From: Octopus bimaculoides
Lineage: Eukaryota
Assembly (NCBI RefSeq): GCF_001194135.2
Contig: NC_068987.1
Location: 67,067,332 to 67,111,793, forward strand
Direction of reading: 5' to 3'
DNA length: 44,462 nt
Every line of letters starts with the position of its first letter. Positions within the stretch are counted from its first letter, which is position 1. Positions 33,781 through 44,462 of this stretch are shown in pieces. The notes under the pieces were generated by a model, which did no database searches, was not told the origin of the DNA, and worked only from the letters and a program-made list of their open reading frames with translations. A program made the position numbers and the translations under genes.

Positions 33781-34721
33781 TGAATATTTATAAATCTAGA
33801 TTACTATTTTAGGAATATTACTATTCACAACAAAATAATAGGTAACAAACCAGTAATTCATTGGATATTTACTATCCCTTAAGGTGGTTTTTTAAAATCT
33901 CTGTTCATATATATATATTCTTTTTGCTTAGGCATAGGAATACTAATAACCTGGTGTTAGAACTCAGTATACATATGCTTCAGAAAAAATGCATTAGTTG
34001 AGTACAGAGCATAATTAGGTATATAAATGACAAGGGAACAAGAAATTATGTATTGTATTCCATTAGTTTACAGCTCTTTCTGTTATAAGATGCGATGCAC
34101 TTGTAGTTCAATATTTATACATCACCTTATAGCAGCAACAGTTGAAGATTATTACACACACACATTAGAGTAAAAAAAATACAACACAAAATATTTCACT
34201 GATTGAAAACACTGACATGTCAACAAAATTACATTAATGACTACAGAACTGTTTACTGTTCTATAGCATTGATTGTTCTACAGCAAATTTTTTTTTGTCT
34301 TTACTTATTTTTAACATTATTTCAAACTTCATCAGTGATGGTCACATCTGAGAAAGAAGAATCAAATAAAAATACTAAAGAAAACATTCCATATCAACTA
34401 GAGTTTTAAAATATAAAAAAAAAATCTTTCTTTCTTGTTCTCTCCCTCTTTCTCCTCTTTATCTTTCATGTTAAAAATTATTAAAATTATCGGAAATTTA
34501 TTGTTTACAAAAGAAGATTAAAGGCATATGAAAAAAACAAGAATTATGGTTTGTTCTTTATGTTGAATGATTTAGTTGTTTTCCTCTCTTTTTCTCTCAC
34601 TTCTGTAAAATGTTCATATATTTTTGAGGATGAATATTAAAAAATGAATAATGAAAAATAACATTCCAAAAGTCTTTGTTTATTTCTTATATGCATACAT
34701 ACATACATACATCTATATCTA

Positions 34722-34729
<8 letters not shown>

Positions 34730-34798
<69 letters not shown>
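34730..34798. repeat. Compound (CT)n(AT)n microsatellite
   Basis: Direct reading. Confidence 0.95.
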
Positions 34799-34803
<5 letters not shown>

Positions 34804-35069
34804 CTGTCTATCTAGCTCTTTACACACACACATGTGTATATGTACATATGAATATTTGTGTATATGTATGTATTATATCTGCTTGTGTTGTATGTGTTGT
34901 AAAATTCAAGTTGACTGCTACCTTGCGATAAATACAACACTACACTCCATAAGTAAATGTTCTGCTGCTATGTTTAAATTAGCTTTGAAATAATGTTACA
35001 TAATCATCACCATCATTTAACGTCTGTTTTCCATGCCGGTATGGGTTGGACTGCTGACTTGGGTTATAA

Positions 35070-35985
35070 TGTTGACCTAAAGATCTTCAATAAGGTTCCA
35101 TGCCCTGAGATCTGGTTGTTATAGAGGAAACTAGGAGGGATGGCTTGTTAGAGCCATATATGATATATTGGGAAGTGGAGCGAGAGATGAGTTCTGTTTT
35201 GAGTTTAGCATGCAGGTAGGATTCAATCAAGGTTCAGTTCCTCCCCTTACCCTGTAGGTTTGTTATAATCTTTCTAGCTTTATTGGATTAGTTTAAAACT
35301 AGATGCCCATAAAAGCTATCATACGTTGATGAGCTAACTCTTAATGCTGAACCTGTGGCAGATTTAGTGTAGAAATTCCAGATGTGGAAGGAAATCCAGA
35401 ACGGAGAGACCTTAAACTAAATTTGGCAAATACTATGGTGTTAGTATGTAGGAGACAAAATAGGACCCTGCTACCACCAGGTAAATGACCATTATCAATA
35501 TGCAGAAAAAGAGCTGGTAGAGATTTTATATGGTGTATCCATTATAAACTATGGTCACTCAAGGTAGTAAACAGGCTAGTGGGGTCACAAAAAAGGCTGA
35601 CTTTGTATGCAGCAGATGTACAAGGGCAATAAGTACTCAAAGCCCAAAGAAATTATATTCCCTCGAGATTCTTTCAAATGTTTAGGAGGATTTTAGGAGT
35701 AGCTCTATGGCTCTTGTTGTCTAGGTGATCTAAATACTAGTGGAGGTAGGAGTAATTTAGACTAGAAAGAAATGAAGCAAACACACTCTGCTCACTAGAT
35801 AATGATAATGTGCATGAACAGAATAAAAAATGAGCTGAGAGAGAATCTAAATAGAAAGTCAGATAGAGTGTATGGGAAATCTGTGCTGGTATGGACACGT
35901 GATCTATACGTGGGATGGTAGTTGTGTAAAAAGTGCTTTGTGCTCAAAGTGAATGGAATCTGTGGGAAAAGGAGATCGAAGAAGA
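35070..35985 (+). mobile_element. Decayed RTE LINE RT and C-terminal region
   Basis: DLKIFNKVP (DLEKAFDRVP-like), VGFNQGSV, YVDELTLNAE (YADD-like), CLGDLNTSGG, LCWYGHV, SCVKKC. Confidence 0.8.
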
Positions 35986-36720
35986 GGATCGTATATTGCC
36001 GTCTATGGACAGGGACATCGAGAAAACATGTTGCGCGTTGGCAACCAAAGCACCACCAGTAAAATACCAATCGTGGTCGGAGACTGGAGTCCATGGACCA
36101 GGATACATATCGTCCACACTGGATCAGTGACCGGTGCACACTACCTAATCGCTGTGGATAGCTATACAAAGTGGCCAGAGATATGTAGATGTAATAAACT
36201 CACGGGAAAGAACAATAATGTTCCTACTCGAGTTATTTGCTCGACACCGTGTTTCAGACGTTAGTTTCATATAATGGAACATAATTCACGGAATAAGAAT
36301 AAAGAAATTTCTACAAAATGCATACCATAAAGCACATCTTTGCCCTACCCTACCACCCGAGGTCAAATGGGCAGACGGAAAGATTTGTCGACACGTTCAA
36401 AAGAGCTCTAAGAAAAGCTAGGAACGAGCTAGATTACGACGAAGCACTAACGAAAATTTTGAGAGTATATAGAATAACGCCAAATCTAAATACTAATTCA
36501 GGGAAGTCACCAGCAGAGTTAATGTTACAGAAGAACGAAGGGTAATACCAATGGAAGTCTTCTATGATATGTGTGAAGTGCCAGCACCGAGAGATATTGA
36601 GCCCCATAGAACTAGCTTCAGAAAAGGCAAACAGACTGAAGTAATACCTAAACGAAAAGGATATTAAATTTTCAAAAAGCAGAAAAGCACCCCCCCCCAC
36701 CAAAAAAATAAAGCAAAAAG
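35985..36720 (+). mobile_element. Ty3/Gypsy integrase pseudogene
   Basis: PSMDRDIEK..CALATKAPP, PWTRIHI..HYLIAVDSYTKWPE, PYHPRSNGQTERFVDTFKRAL, YRITP..SPAEL, broken by frameshifts and stops. Confidence 0.9.
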
Positions 36721-36918
36721 AACAAGAATGCTAACAAGAGTGTTTAGTACAACGAAAAGAAAGAGTGCTGTGTGTAACGAACAATACTACCTTAAAAGTC
36801 GGGCAGCAATTAAGATACAGCAGCTAAAAAAAATAAAAAAATAAAAAAATGAAGGAGGGGCGATGGAAAGAAAAAAAATTCAACTTTCTCACATTAGTCG
36901 AAATCTCAAAAGGGGAGA

Positions 36919-37165
36919 TGTGATGAAAGTTACGACGCCCCCTTGCGAGAGATAGATTGGTTTGAGTAAAGTATAAATAGTAATGATCCAAGTTAGTTCG
37001 AGGTTCAGAGTTTGGAGTTAAGTGAAGTTCGTGTTAGTTTGCAATCACATCGGAAGGTGTCGGTTGGTTAGTTCACAAGGGATACTGATTGTTGATTGAT
37101 AAAGAGATTTGTTTGTTCGTTACATTGTTTTTACTGTTGTCTGGTTATCAAATTACGTTACTACA
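36919..37165 (+). mobile_element. Probable 3' LTR of the Gypsy remnant
   Basis: Polypurine tract AAAAGGGGAGA at 36908-36918, followed by TGT...ACA; the right boundary is inferred. Confidence 0.65.
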
Positions 37166-37481
37166 ATATATATTTACACAAACACACACACACACCCACA
37201 CGCACACACACACACACAAGAAAAGAAAAAGGGATTAAAATCTCCAGGCAGATATCAATAAAGCACTCAGTTTTAAATGAATTTGGTTAACTACATGCAA
37301 CAATCAGACACAAATAAATAGCAAGTAGAAAACACATCGAAGGTAATTCCACATGTATGACAAGTAGATCCCAATAACATTTAGAAGAATTTCGAGAAAT
37401 TCAGAATATTAGACAACAAAAATACGTATGGAGATTATCACATCTTTCGTTGTAGAATTCACCTTACAAAACCGACAATTG

Positions 37482-37710
37482 TTTCTTATTTCTTTATTGC
37501 CCACAAGGGGCTAAACATAGAGGGGGACAAACAAAGGGATTAAGTCGATTACATCGACTCCAGTGCGTAACTGGTACTTAATTTATCGACCCCGAAAGGA
37601 TGAAAAGAAAAGTCGACCTGGGCGGAATTTGAACCCAGAACGTAACAACCGACGAAATACTGCTAAGCATTTCGCCCGGCGTGCTAACGTTTCTGCCAGC
37701 TCGCCGCCTT
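37482..37710 (-). mobile_element. SINE family A (young copy)
   Basis: Colinear with 3607-3843. Confidence 0.88.
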
Positions 37711-39659
37711 TTGTTGCTATTGTGTTAACATATTTAGATATAGAAAATATCATTGAAATTAATATTTCCGAGAATACATGTTAATACAATGTTACCAAGA
37801 CGATCTAAAAACGTGTTAACATGTATTTTCGGAAATATTAACCCCCCCCCCCCCCCACACACATGATAGAAAAAGCTGTAGTGAGACTAACTGCAATTAC
37901 TCTTTCTAGATTTTCCCAATATTTTATAGAAGTTACCTTCCTTACATTTTGCCTTCAGAATTCAAACCTCGTTGAAATTCTTATTTATTAATTATATTGA
38001 AAAGCTCAGTTAATCGAAGGATTTTGAATTAGTAGATGACATGTGTGAAACTCCGAACGTATCTCTGCGTTTGATTTTGCGTACATCATCGCTGTAGCTA
38101 ATTTAAAGAGATTTAGTTATTATAAGGGAAGCAACTCTTTGGTGATTTGGGAAATAGGTCAACACGGATCGTTGATATATCTTGCGTTAGATATAATAGA
38201 CTCAAACTTTTGAATGCTCTACCCCAGGCTAATTGAAATCCACCGACTGAAACCAACAAGATAAAATAGATAAATAAATAAATAAATGGCAATATGCTTC
38301 ACCACAAATGAACTGATTTCTAGGTCAGCCCCAAGTAGGCTAATGATCGAGGCGTTCCTGTTGTAACCATCCCGTCTTCTATTTTAGGTAAAATATTATG
38401 AATAACAATATGACTTTAGGTGTCTTTTTGTTCATGAACACAATTAAATACGATTTGACGGGTAAATTTCGCTGCTATTTCTAGCAGACTGATCGAGTAT
38501 GCGGAGAGTCGCGCGTTAGCTGGTAAGGCTCACTGTATACAGAGACTAGCACGTTAGCTGATAAAACTCTGTTTGAGCTTTTACGTATTTACAATTAGAA
38601 AATATTAATTAGAATCCACTACACCCATAATTCTTTCATGTTATCTTTGTTGAAGGTAGTGAATTTTTTCAGTAAATAAAGCGTTGGAAAGAATGCCTCG
38701 TACTATTTGTTCTAATTCACTGCGTTCTGAGCTAAAATCCTGCCTTTGTTAACTTTATCTTTCATAAATAAATACTGGCAATGGATGCAATTTTTAGATT
38801 CAACTTAATGTGAGCGTATTGTTTGAATGTCGAATACTGGTATGCGGTGACGGGCACCTGCTACTGAGGATGTACAATATACTGAAATCATGTGATGTAG
38901 TTGTTCTGCACTCATTCCAGACGTGACTCTTCTACTATGATATATATGTGCTTTTAAGCACCGGCCCTAAAGGTTATCGGCCCTAAAGAGGGAGCCTTTC
39001 TCTTGGATAATATCGGTGGCGAGGAAAGATGAAAGTTTCATGCACAGGTAACTTCTAATCTTCCACAAAATCCTTGCCCAGGCCCGTGTTTATATATACA
39101 AATCCATGGTCAACCCAGATCAATGGAAAGCCTAAAGAGTTTTGTTTTTAAATGAAGAAAGAAATAATAATAAAACAAAGAGAAGGAATCTTCTCTAAAG
39201 TCGTTCGACTTGCTTGAAATTTCTGGTACATTCTGCAAGAATGTACCCTATCGTCTAACATTTCTATTAATATTTTGATGTGGGTATACGATGAAATTTG
39301 CTTGTGAGAAAATTTTATCTTTCTTTGCCAATTAATTATACGCTCATACCCATGACAAATGACCATCACTCAAATGCTATATTGACCACTTAAGTATATA
39401 TACAACATTACTTTTAAGTGTATATTATTAAGATTCTAGTAAGCACTTGAAATGCCTTTTGAATTTGATTTTCCATTAAAAGCACGAACGATTAGGAAAC
39501 TAAGTGTAAAATTATAAAGCTGCTTATATAAAACAAAGATCATTGGGAAATTGTCAGAATCTCAACTGTCTTTTATTTTGGAGCCATCATTATGAAAGTA
39601 TACGATTAAGAAACAAATCGCTTTCATCTTGAAAACCTTGTGTGCGTACATATTTCCCT

Positions 39660-39881
39660 TTACATATTGGATTCAAATTTTGGCACAAGGCCAGCAATTT
39701 CGAAGGAGGAACTAGTCGATTACATTGACTCCAGTACTCAACTGATACTTATTTTATCGACTCCTGAAAGGATAAAGAGAGAAGTCGACTTCGGTGGAAT
39801 TTGAACTCAGAACGTAAAGACGGACGAAATGCCACTAAGCCTTTTACGCGGTGTGTTAACGTTTTGACCAGCTCGCAGCCT
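39660..39881 (-). mobile_element. SINE family A copy
   Basis: ggtggaatttgaactcagaacgtaaagacggacgaaatgcc is the reverse complement of the family A head. Confidence 0.8.
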
Positions 39882-40892
39882 TAATTTTTACCTTTATATA
39901 TTAGTTATAAAAAATATGTGTGAGTGTGCAGCAGCGCACTGTTTTGAGGGAACTTTGCTAACATCTTAAAAAATGAAAGGACGCACTGGATGATGTGGTT
40001 TTAGATACAGTATGTCCGAAAAAAAAGAAAAAAAAAAAGAAGAAAGGAATTGATCGTGTGTATTCTGGATAAAGACGGACCTGGATTAAAGAAAGTGAAA
40101 ATATTACTCCTACCACCGCCTTTTTCATTAAGATAAGAAACAAATGAAAACCAATAGTGTTACCAATAGTGTAATAGATCTTTGAGCAAAACCATTCGAA
40201 CCCCAATCATCTCGAATTTCTGTCAAGGATAGATTATCTAGGATTACAGAATACAATGTGTCTCTCTTGTTATGTAACAAATGCTAGTTGTGATTAGAAG
40301 GAAATGTCTCACTCACTGGTCTTTGGGACCATCTGCAATTTTATTTATTGTTTCGCCCAAAATAGAGTTATTTCCCTTGATGAATGTTTGAGTTATCTAC
40401 CTTAGACTATTGTGCAAACTATCTTCCACCATATAAAATAAAATTTTCAGTTTTTTTGAAAAATCTTCTGTGTACTTTTAGACGGCATCATTATAACCAT
40501 AGACTACATTAATCTTATATCATATTGCTTTCTGTTGGGAAGCAGAACACTGGGGATTATAAGAAACAACGGTACCAGATTGTGAAGTGTAAATCTTATA
40601 TCTTTCATTTGACTCCACACGAAACGACATTATATTCATATCAGTTTTCTTTGTCCTCGACTGTCTTTCTCCCCCTTCTCTTTTTTCTGTTGCTTTCCCT
40701 CCCACCTCTCTGTCTCATTTCCCTTCTACTTATTTCTCTTATTATCACTTTCTCTCCGTCTATCTTTCTTCGCAATCCAGCCTGCACCAACCCGTACCTT
40801 AGTCACTTAAAGAGGGAAGAGACACTGGATAATCCATTATAGATTCTCCTAAATAGATAAATTTGCTCGATCAGTTTTGGCCGGATGTCAAA

Positions 40893-40935
<43 letters not shown>

Positions 40936-41099
40936 GATGATGATGATAATAATAATCCTTTTTATTACAAACACAATGCCTGAAATTTGGTGGAGGGGGA
41001 CAGTTGATTACATCAACTCCAGTGTTTCACTGGTACTTAATTTATCGACCCCGAATGAATGAAAAGCAAATTTGACCTCATAACGTCAAAATACTGATG

Positions 41100-41615
41100 C
41101 AGTACCAGGCAGTAGCTTTCAAGGCTTCTGATCTTAACTGATTGGAAGAGTTATGTACATTGTTTGGTCTTGGTATAAAAGACGGGCTACAGAAAATGTT
41201 CTGCTCAATACCACAGATTTGCTTGTCAGTTGTTCGACCTTAACTAGTTGAGTATGTCCCTTAGTGCATCTCTGATCACGAGTAGAAGTAATGGGGGAGC
41301 ATCATAGTCGTATGATGTAAATAATTCTTTGAGGTTTGGATAATTCACCTTTGGAAACATGGGTGTTTCGTTCAACATCCTTAAACAGCTCTTATTCAGG
41401 GGTCTTTTGAGCAGCATAGGACACTCGACCTGACGAAAATTCTAACTGAGACCCACCTGTAAGGTCATGCGCTGTTTATCTTGATATGAGATCACCATGT
41501 CGTGCACATATGGTTGTGATGCACGTGCCTGGTGTACCCTTATCAGACGGGTAGTCATGATGGGTATATTGGGCTTCGTATATTTTACCCCAGGGTCACT
41601 TTGATGGCATACACT
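41100..41615 (+). mobile_element. Probable 3' portion of a non-LTR retroelement ending at an (AAT)n array
   Basis: About 500 bp of more GC-balanced non-coding sequence abutting a gap and a long (AAT)n. There is only one copy in the window, so the family is not assignable from the window alone. Confidence 0.4.
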
Positions 41616-41687
41616 NNNNNNNNNNNNNNNNNNNNNNNNNNNNNNNNNNNNNNNNNNNNNNNNNNNNNNNNNNNNNNNNNNNNNNNN

Positions 41688-41695
41688 TAATAATG

Positions 41696-41738
<43 letters not shown>

Positions 41739-41833
41739 TAATAAAAATAATAATAATGATAATAATAATAATAATAATAATGATAATAATAATAATAATA
41801 ATAATAAAAATAATAATAATGATAATAAAAATA

Positions 41834-41895
<62 letters not shown>

Positions 41896-41955
41896 AAGAA
41901 AAAGAAGAAGAGAAAAAACAACAACAACAACAACGACAACTGCAGCAGCAGCATC
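41688..41955. repeat. (AAT)n with GAT/AAA variants grading into AAG/ACA/GCA triplets
   Basis: Direct reading. Confidence 0.95.
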
Positions 41956-42589
41956 ATCTTTTCTCTTGTTTACTCAAATAGATGGATCAGCAACCCAAAC
42001 TGTCTCAGGAGCCTTGAAATTGGCGAGAAAATGTTAGAAGAAAATAACGAGTCACTGGTTACTTTTAACCAATACTTCGATCTTTGTCAATAACTCATCC
42101 AGATATCAATAGCCGCGTGTGCATTTGCAGGGTAAAAAAACAGAAACTAGAAGTGTCCCAACAAATTACTGATGTGTCCAGTCTCCTGGTATTCTTGGAG
42201 ACAACAGCGATCTGATAACCCACAAAAGTATGCATTAAGATATTTTGACAGAAGCAGTCTAGCATCAAACTAAATGCTTCGTAGTATTTAGTTTGATCTT
42301 TTTACGATGTAGGTTCGAATATCGCTGGAATCTAACGTATCTTTTATTATCTTCTCAAATCTCAAGATAAAGAACTAAGTGCGAATCACATATTGATACA
42401 CACACACACACACACACAACATATTCGAGTTCTTTTACAAGGCTTAGAAAACCTGAAGATCTGCTGCAGTAAGAGTGTGAATCTGAGAGAGAAATATATT
42501 GAATAAGATCATAACTAACTGATCCTCCCGTATTTTCTTTTACTCAAAACCAGGAACATTTCAGTACCCCCTCGTATATATATTAAAAA

Positions 42590-42591
42590 TG

Positions 42592-42668
<77 letters not shown>

Positions 42669-42682
42669 GTCTGTCTGTCTAT
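42590..42682. repeat. (TCTA)n(TCTG)n microsatellite
   Basis: Direct reading. Confidence 0.95.
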
Positions 42683-42733
42683 CTCTTGAGCTTCATCCAC
42701 TGTCAGAAAACATCATTAACATTATCATCATCA

Positions 42734-42765
<32 letters not shown>

Positions 42766-42967
42766 NNNNNNNNNNNNNNNNNNNNNNNNNNNNNNNNNNN
42801 NNNNNNNNNNNNNNNNNNNNNNNNNNNNNNNNNNNNNNNNNNNNNNNNNNNNNNNNNNNNNNNNNNNNNTCCTCATCATCATCATCATCATCATCATCAT
42901 CACTGTCATCATTTTACTTTAACACCACAAAAGAATTATGTATCAAAAGGTCTGATATAAGCAAAGC

Positions 42968-42998
42968 AAAACAGCAGCAGCATCGCCGCCACCACCGC

Positions 42999-43082
<84 letters not shown>

Positions 43083-43116
43083 ATACTGCAGCAGTTGTTT
43101 TGTTGTTGTTGTTATT
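42968..43116. repeat. Compound triplet array CAG/CGC/CAC-(CTA)n-(CTG)n-(TTG)n
   Basis: Direct reading. Confidence 0.92.
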
Positions 43117-43336
43117 AAGGCGGCGAACTGGCAGAATCTTCAGTATGGTGGACATAATGCTTAGCGGCATTTCGTCTGTCTGTACGTTCTGAATTCAAAT
43201 GTCACCGAGGACGACTTTACTTATCGTCCTTTCGAGTAAAGGCGTGGAGGATGAAATAATTACTAGCTGAGCACTGCTGGGGGTCGATGTAGTCGACTTA
43301 CCCAAACCCACAAATTTCAGACATGTGCCTATATCA

Positions 43337-43345
<9 letters not shown>
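43115..43345 (+). mobile_element. SINE family A copy with (AAT)n tail
   Basis: taaggcggcgaactggcagaatc...gttctgaattcaaat. Confidence 0.8.
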
Positions 43346-43386
<41 letters not shown>

Positions 43387-44106
43387 TAAAAATAATTTTT
43401 ATTGGTGTAAATTATAACGGTGACAGAGGTCAATACTTACCTAAACGATCTGTTGCGACGTTCGGTAGATAACACATAAAGCTGTGAAAAATCGATTTCG
43501 CCTCATGAAATAAGAAAAGTTAGGTGAACTATCTCGATCGAAATAGATCATATATAAGCGTTTTCGTGTTTATGGGAAGATGATGTGAGAAGTTTTGTTT
43601 AATTAGTGTGCTAGACGTCTCTTCACTAGCTGGTACTGCAGTGTATGTGACAAAAATACAAGCTTACAGCTAGAGATATCTGTATTGATGTTGATTCTTG
43701 GTTTGTCGTCAATTTTGTGGTATGGTTCAAGTAAGTGGTGCACTCCGCGGCTAAACAACATTGCTAGTTAGGGCTTGCATAAAGTTTCTGGTAAAAATGA
43801 ACACCGAAGATCACATGGCAGTTCAATAGTATACATCTTTGTGGAAGCGGATATCAATCAGACAGATGGTGCAAAAAAACTCAGTTATTACATACTTTGA
43901 AGTGAAAACCTCTTGAATACTCTCCTTCCAGAAGGGGAAAAGCTAGAATAAAAGGCGGGAATAGTACGTAGCTACACAGACAGGAACAACACCAGGTCCT
44001 AGAATTGTAAACGGCATGAAGAAAAATGGTTTCTACATTCCCACCTTGTTCTATGTTTTCTGATACTCTCTACGAGGAAATTTTTAGAAAGTCATCACTT
44101 AGCCCC

Positions 44107-44339
44107 TTTACTCTTTTACTTGTTTCAGTCATTTGACTGCAGCCATGCTGGAGTACCGCCTTTAGTCGCGCAAATCGACCTCAGGACTTATTCTTTGGAA
44201 GCCTAGTACTTACTCTATCGGTCTATTTTGCCGAACCGCTAAGTTACGGGGACGTAAACACACCAGCATCGGTTGTCAAGCGATGTTGGGGGGGACAAAC
44301 ACAGACACACAAACATATACACACACATACATACATACA

Positions 44340-44373
<34 letters not shown>

Positions 44374-44462
44374 CGACGGGCTTCTTTCAGTTTCCGTCTA
44401 CCAAATCCATTCACAAAGCTTTGGTTGGCCCGAGGCTATAGTAGAAGACACTTGCCCAAGGT
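44107..44462 (-). mobile_element. SINE family B copy, cut by the window end
   Basis: Reverse complement of 9096-9472, with CpGs retained. Confidence 0.85.

Noticed and set aside
41442-43170. Poly-Leu/Ile/His/Val ORFs
   Set aside because: Microsatellite and gap translations.
43607-43670. WYCSVCDK resembling a piggyBac Cys-rich tail
   Set aside because: An isolated short motif with no upstream transposase similarity or TTAA/TIR.

Overview
AT-rich, repeat-dense animal genomic DNA with assembly gaps. The repeat content (tRNA-headed SINEs, RTE LINEs, very dense microsatellites) suggests a cephalopod, probably Octopus; this is inference. One protein-coding gene is well supported: the 3' two-thirds of SLC35B3 (PAPST2, Golgi PAPS transporter) on the + strand. 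Eight coding exons (9687-26190) have GT-AG boundaries and consistent phases; the 5' end of one exon is hidden in the 807-nt gap, and the upstream exons were not found in the window. The rest is mobile DNA: several SINE-like families, decayed RTE, CR1/Jockey-like and R4/Dong-like LINEs, a Gypsy integrase plus 3' LTR remnant, and Tigger-, mariner-, piggyBac- and hAT-type MITEs. The most notable signals are (i) a TSD-flanked element at 13866-14301 combining a tRNA-like Pol III head with 100-bp inverted arms that each carry a type I hammerhead ribozyme motif (Penelope-like architecture), (ii) two further sense-strand intronic hammerhead motifs, and (iii) many long fold-back structures in and downstream of the gene. 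SINE family labels A/B/E/F/H are my own working names, and repeat boundaries are approximate.
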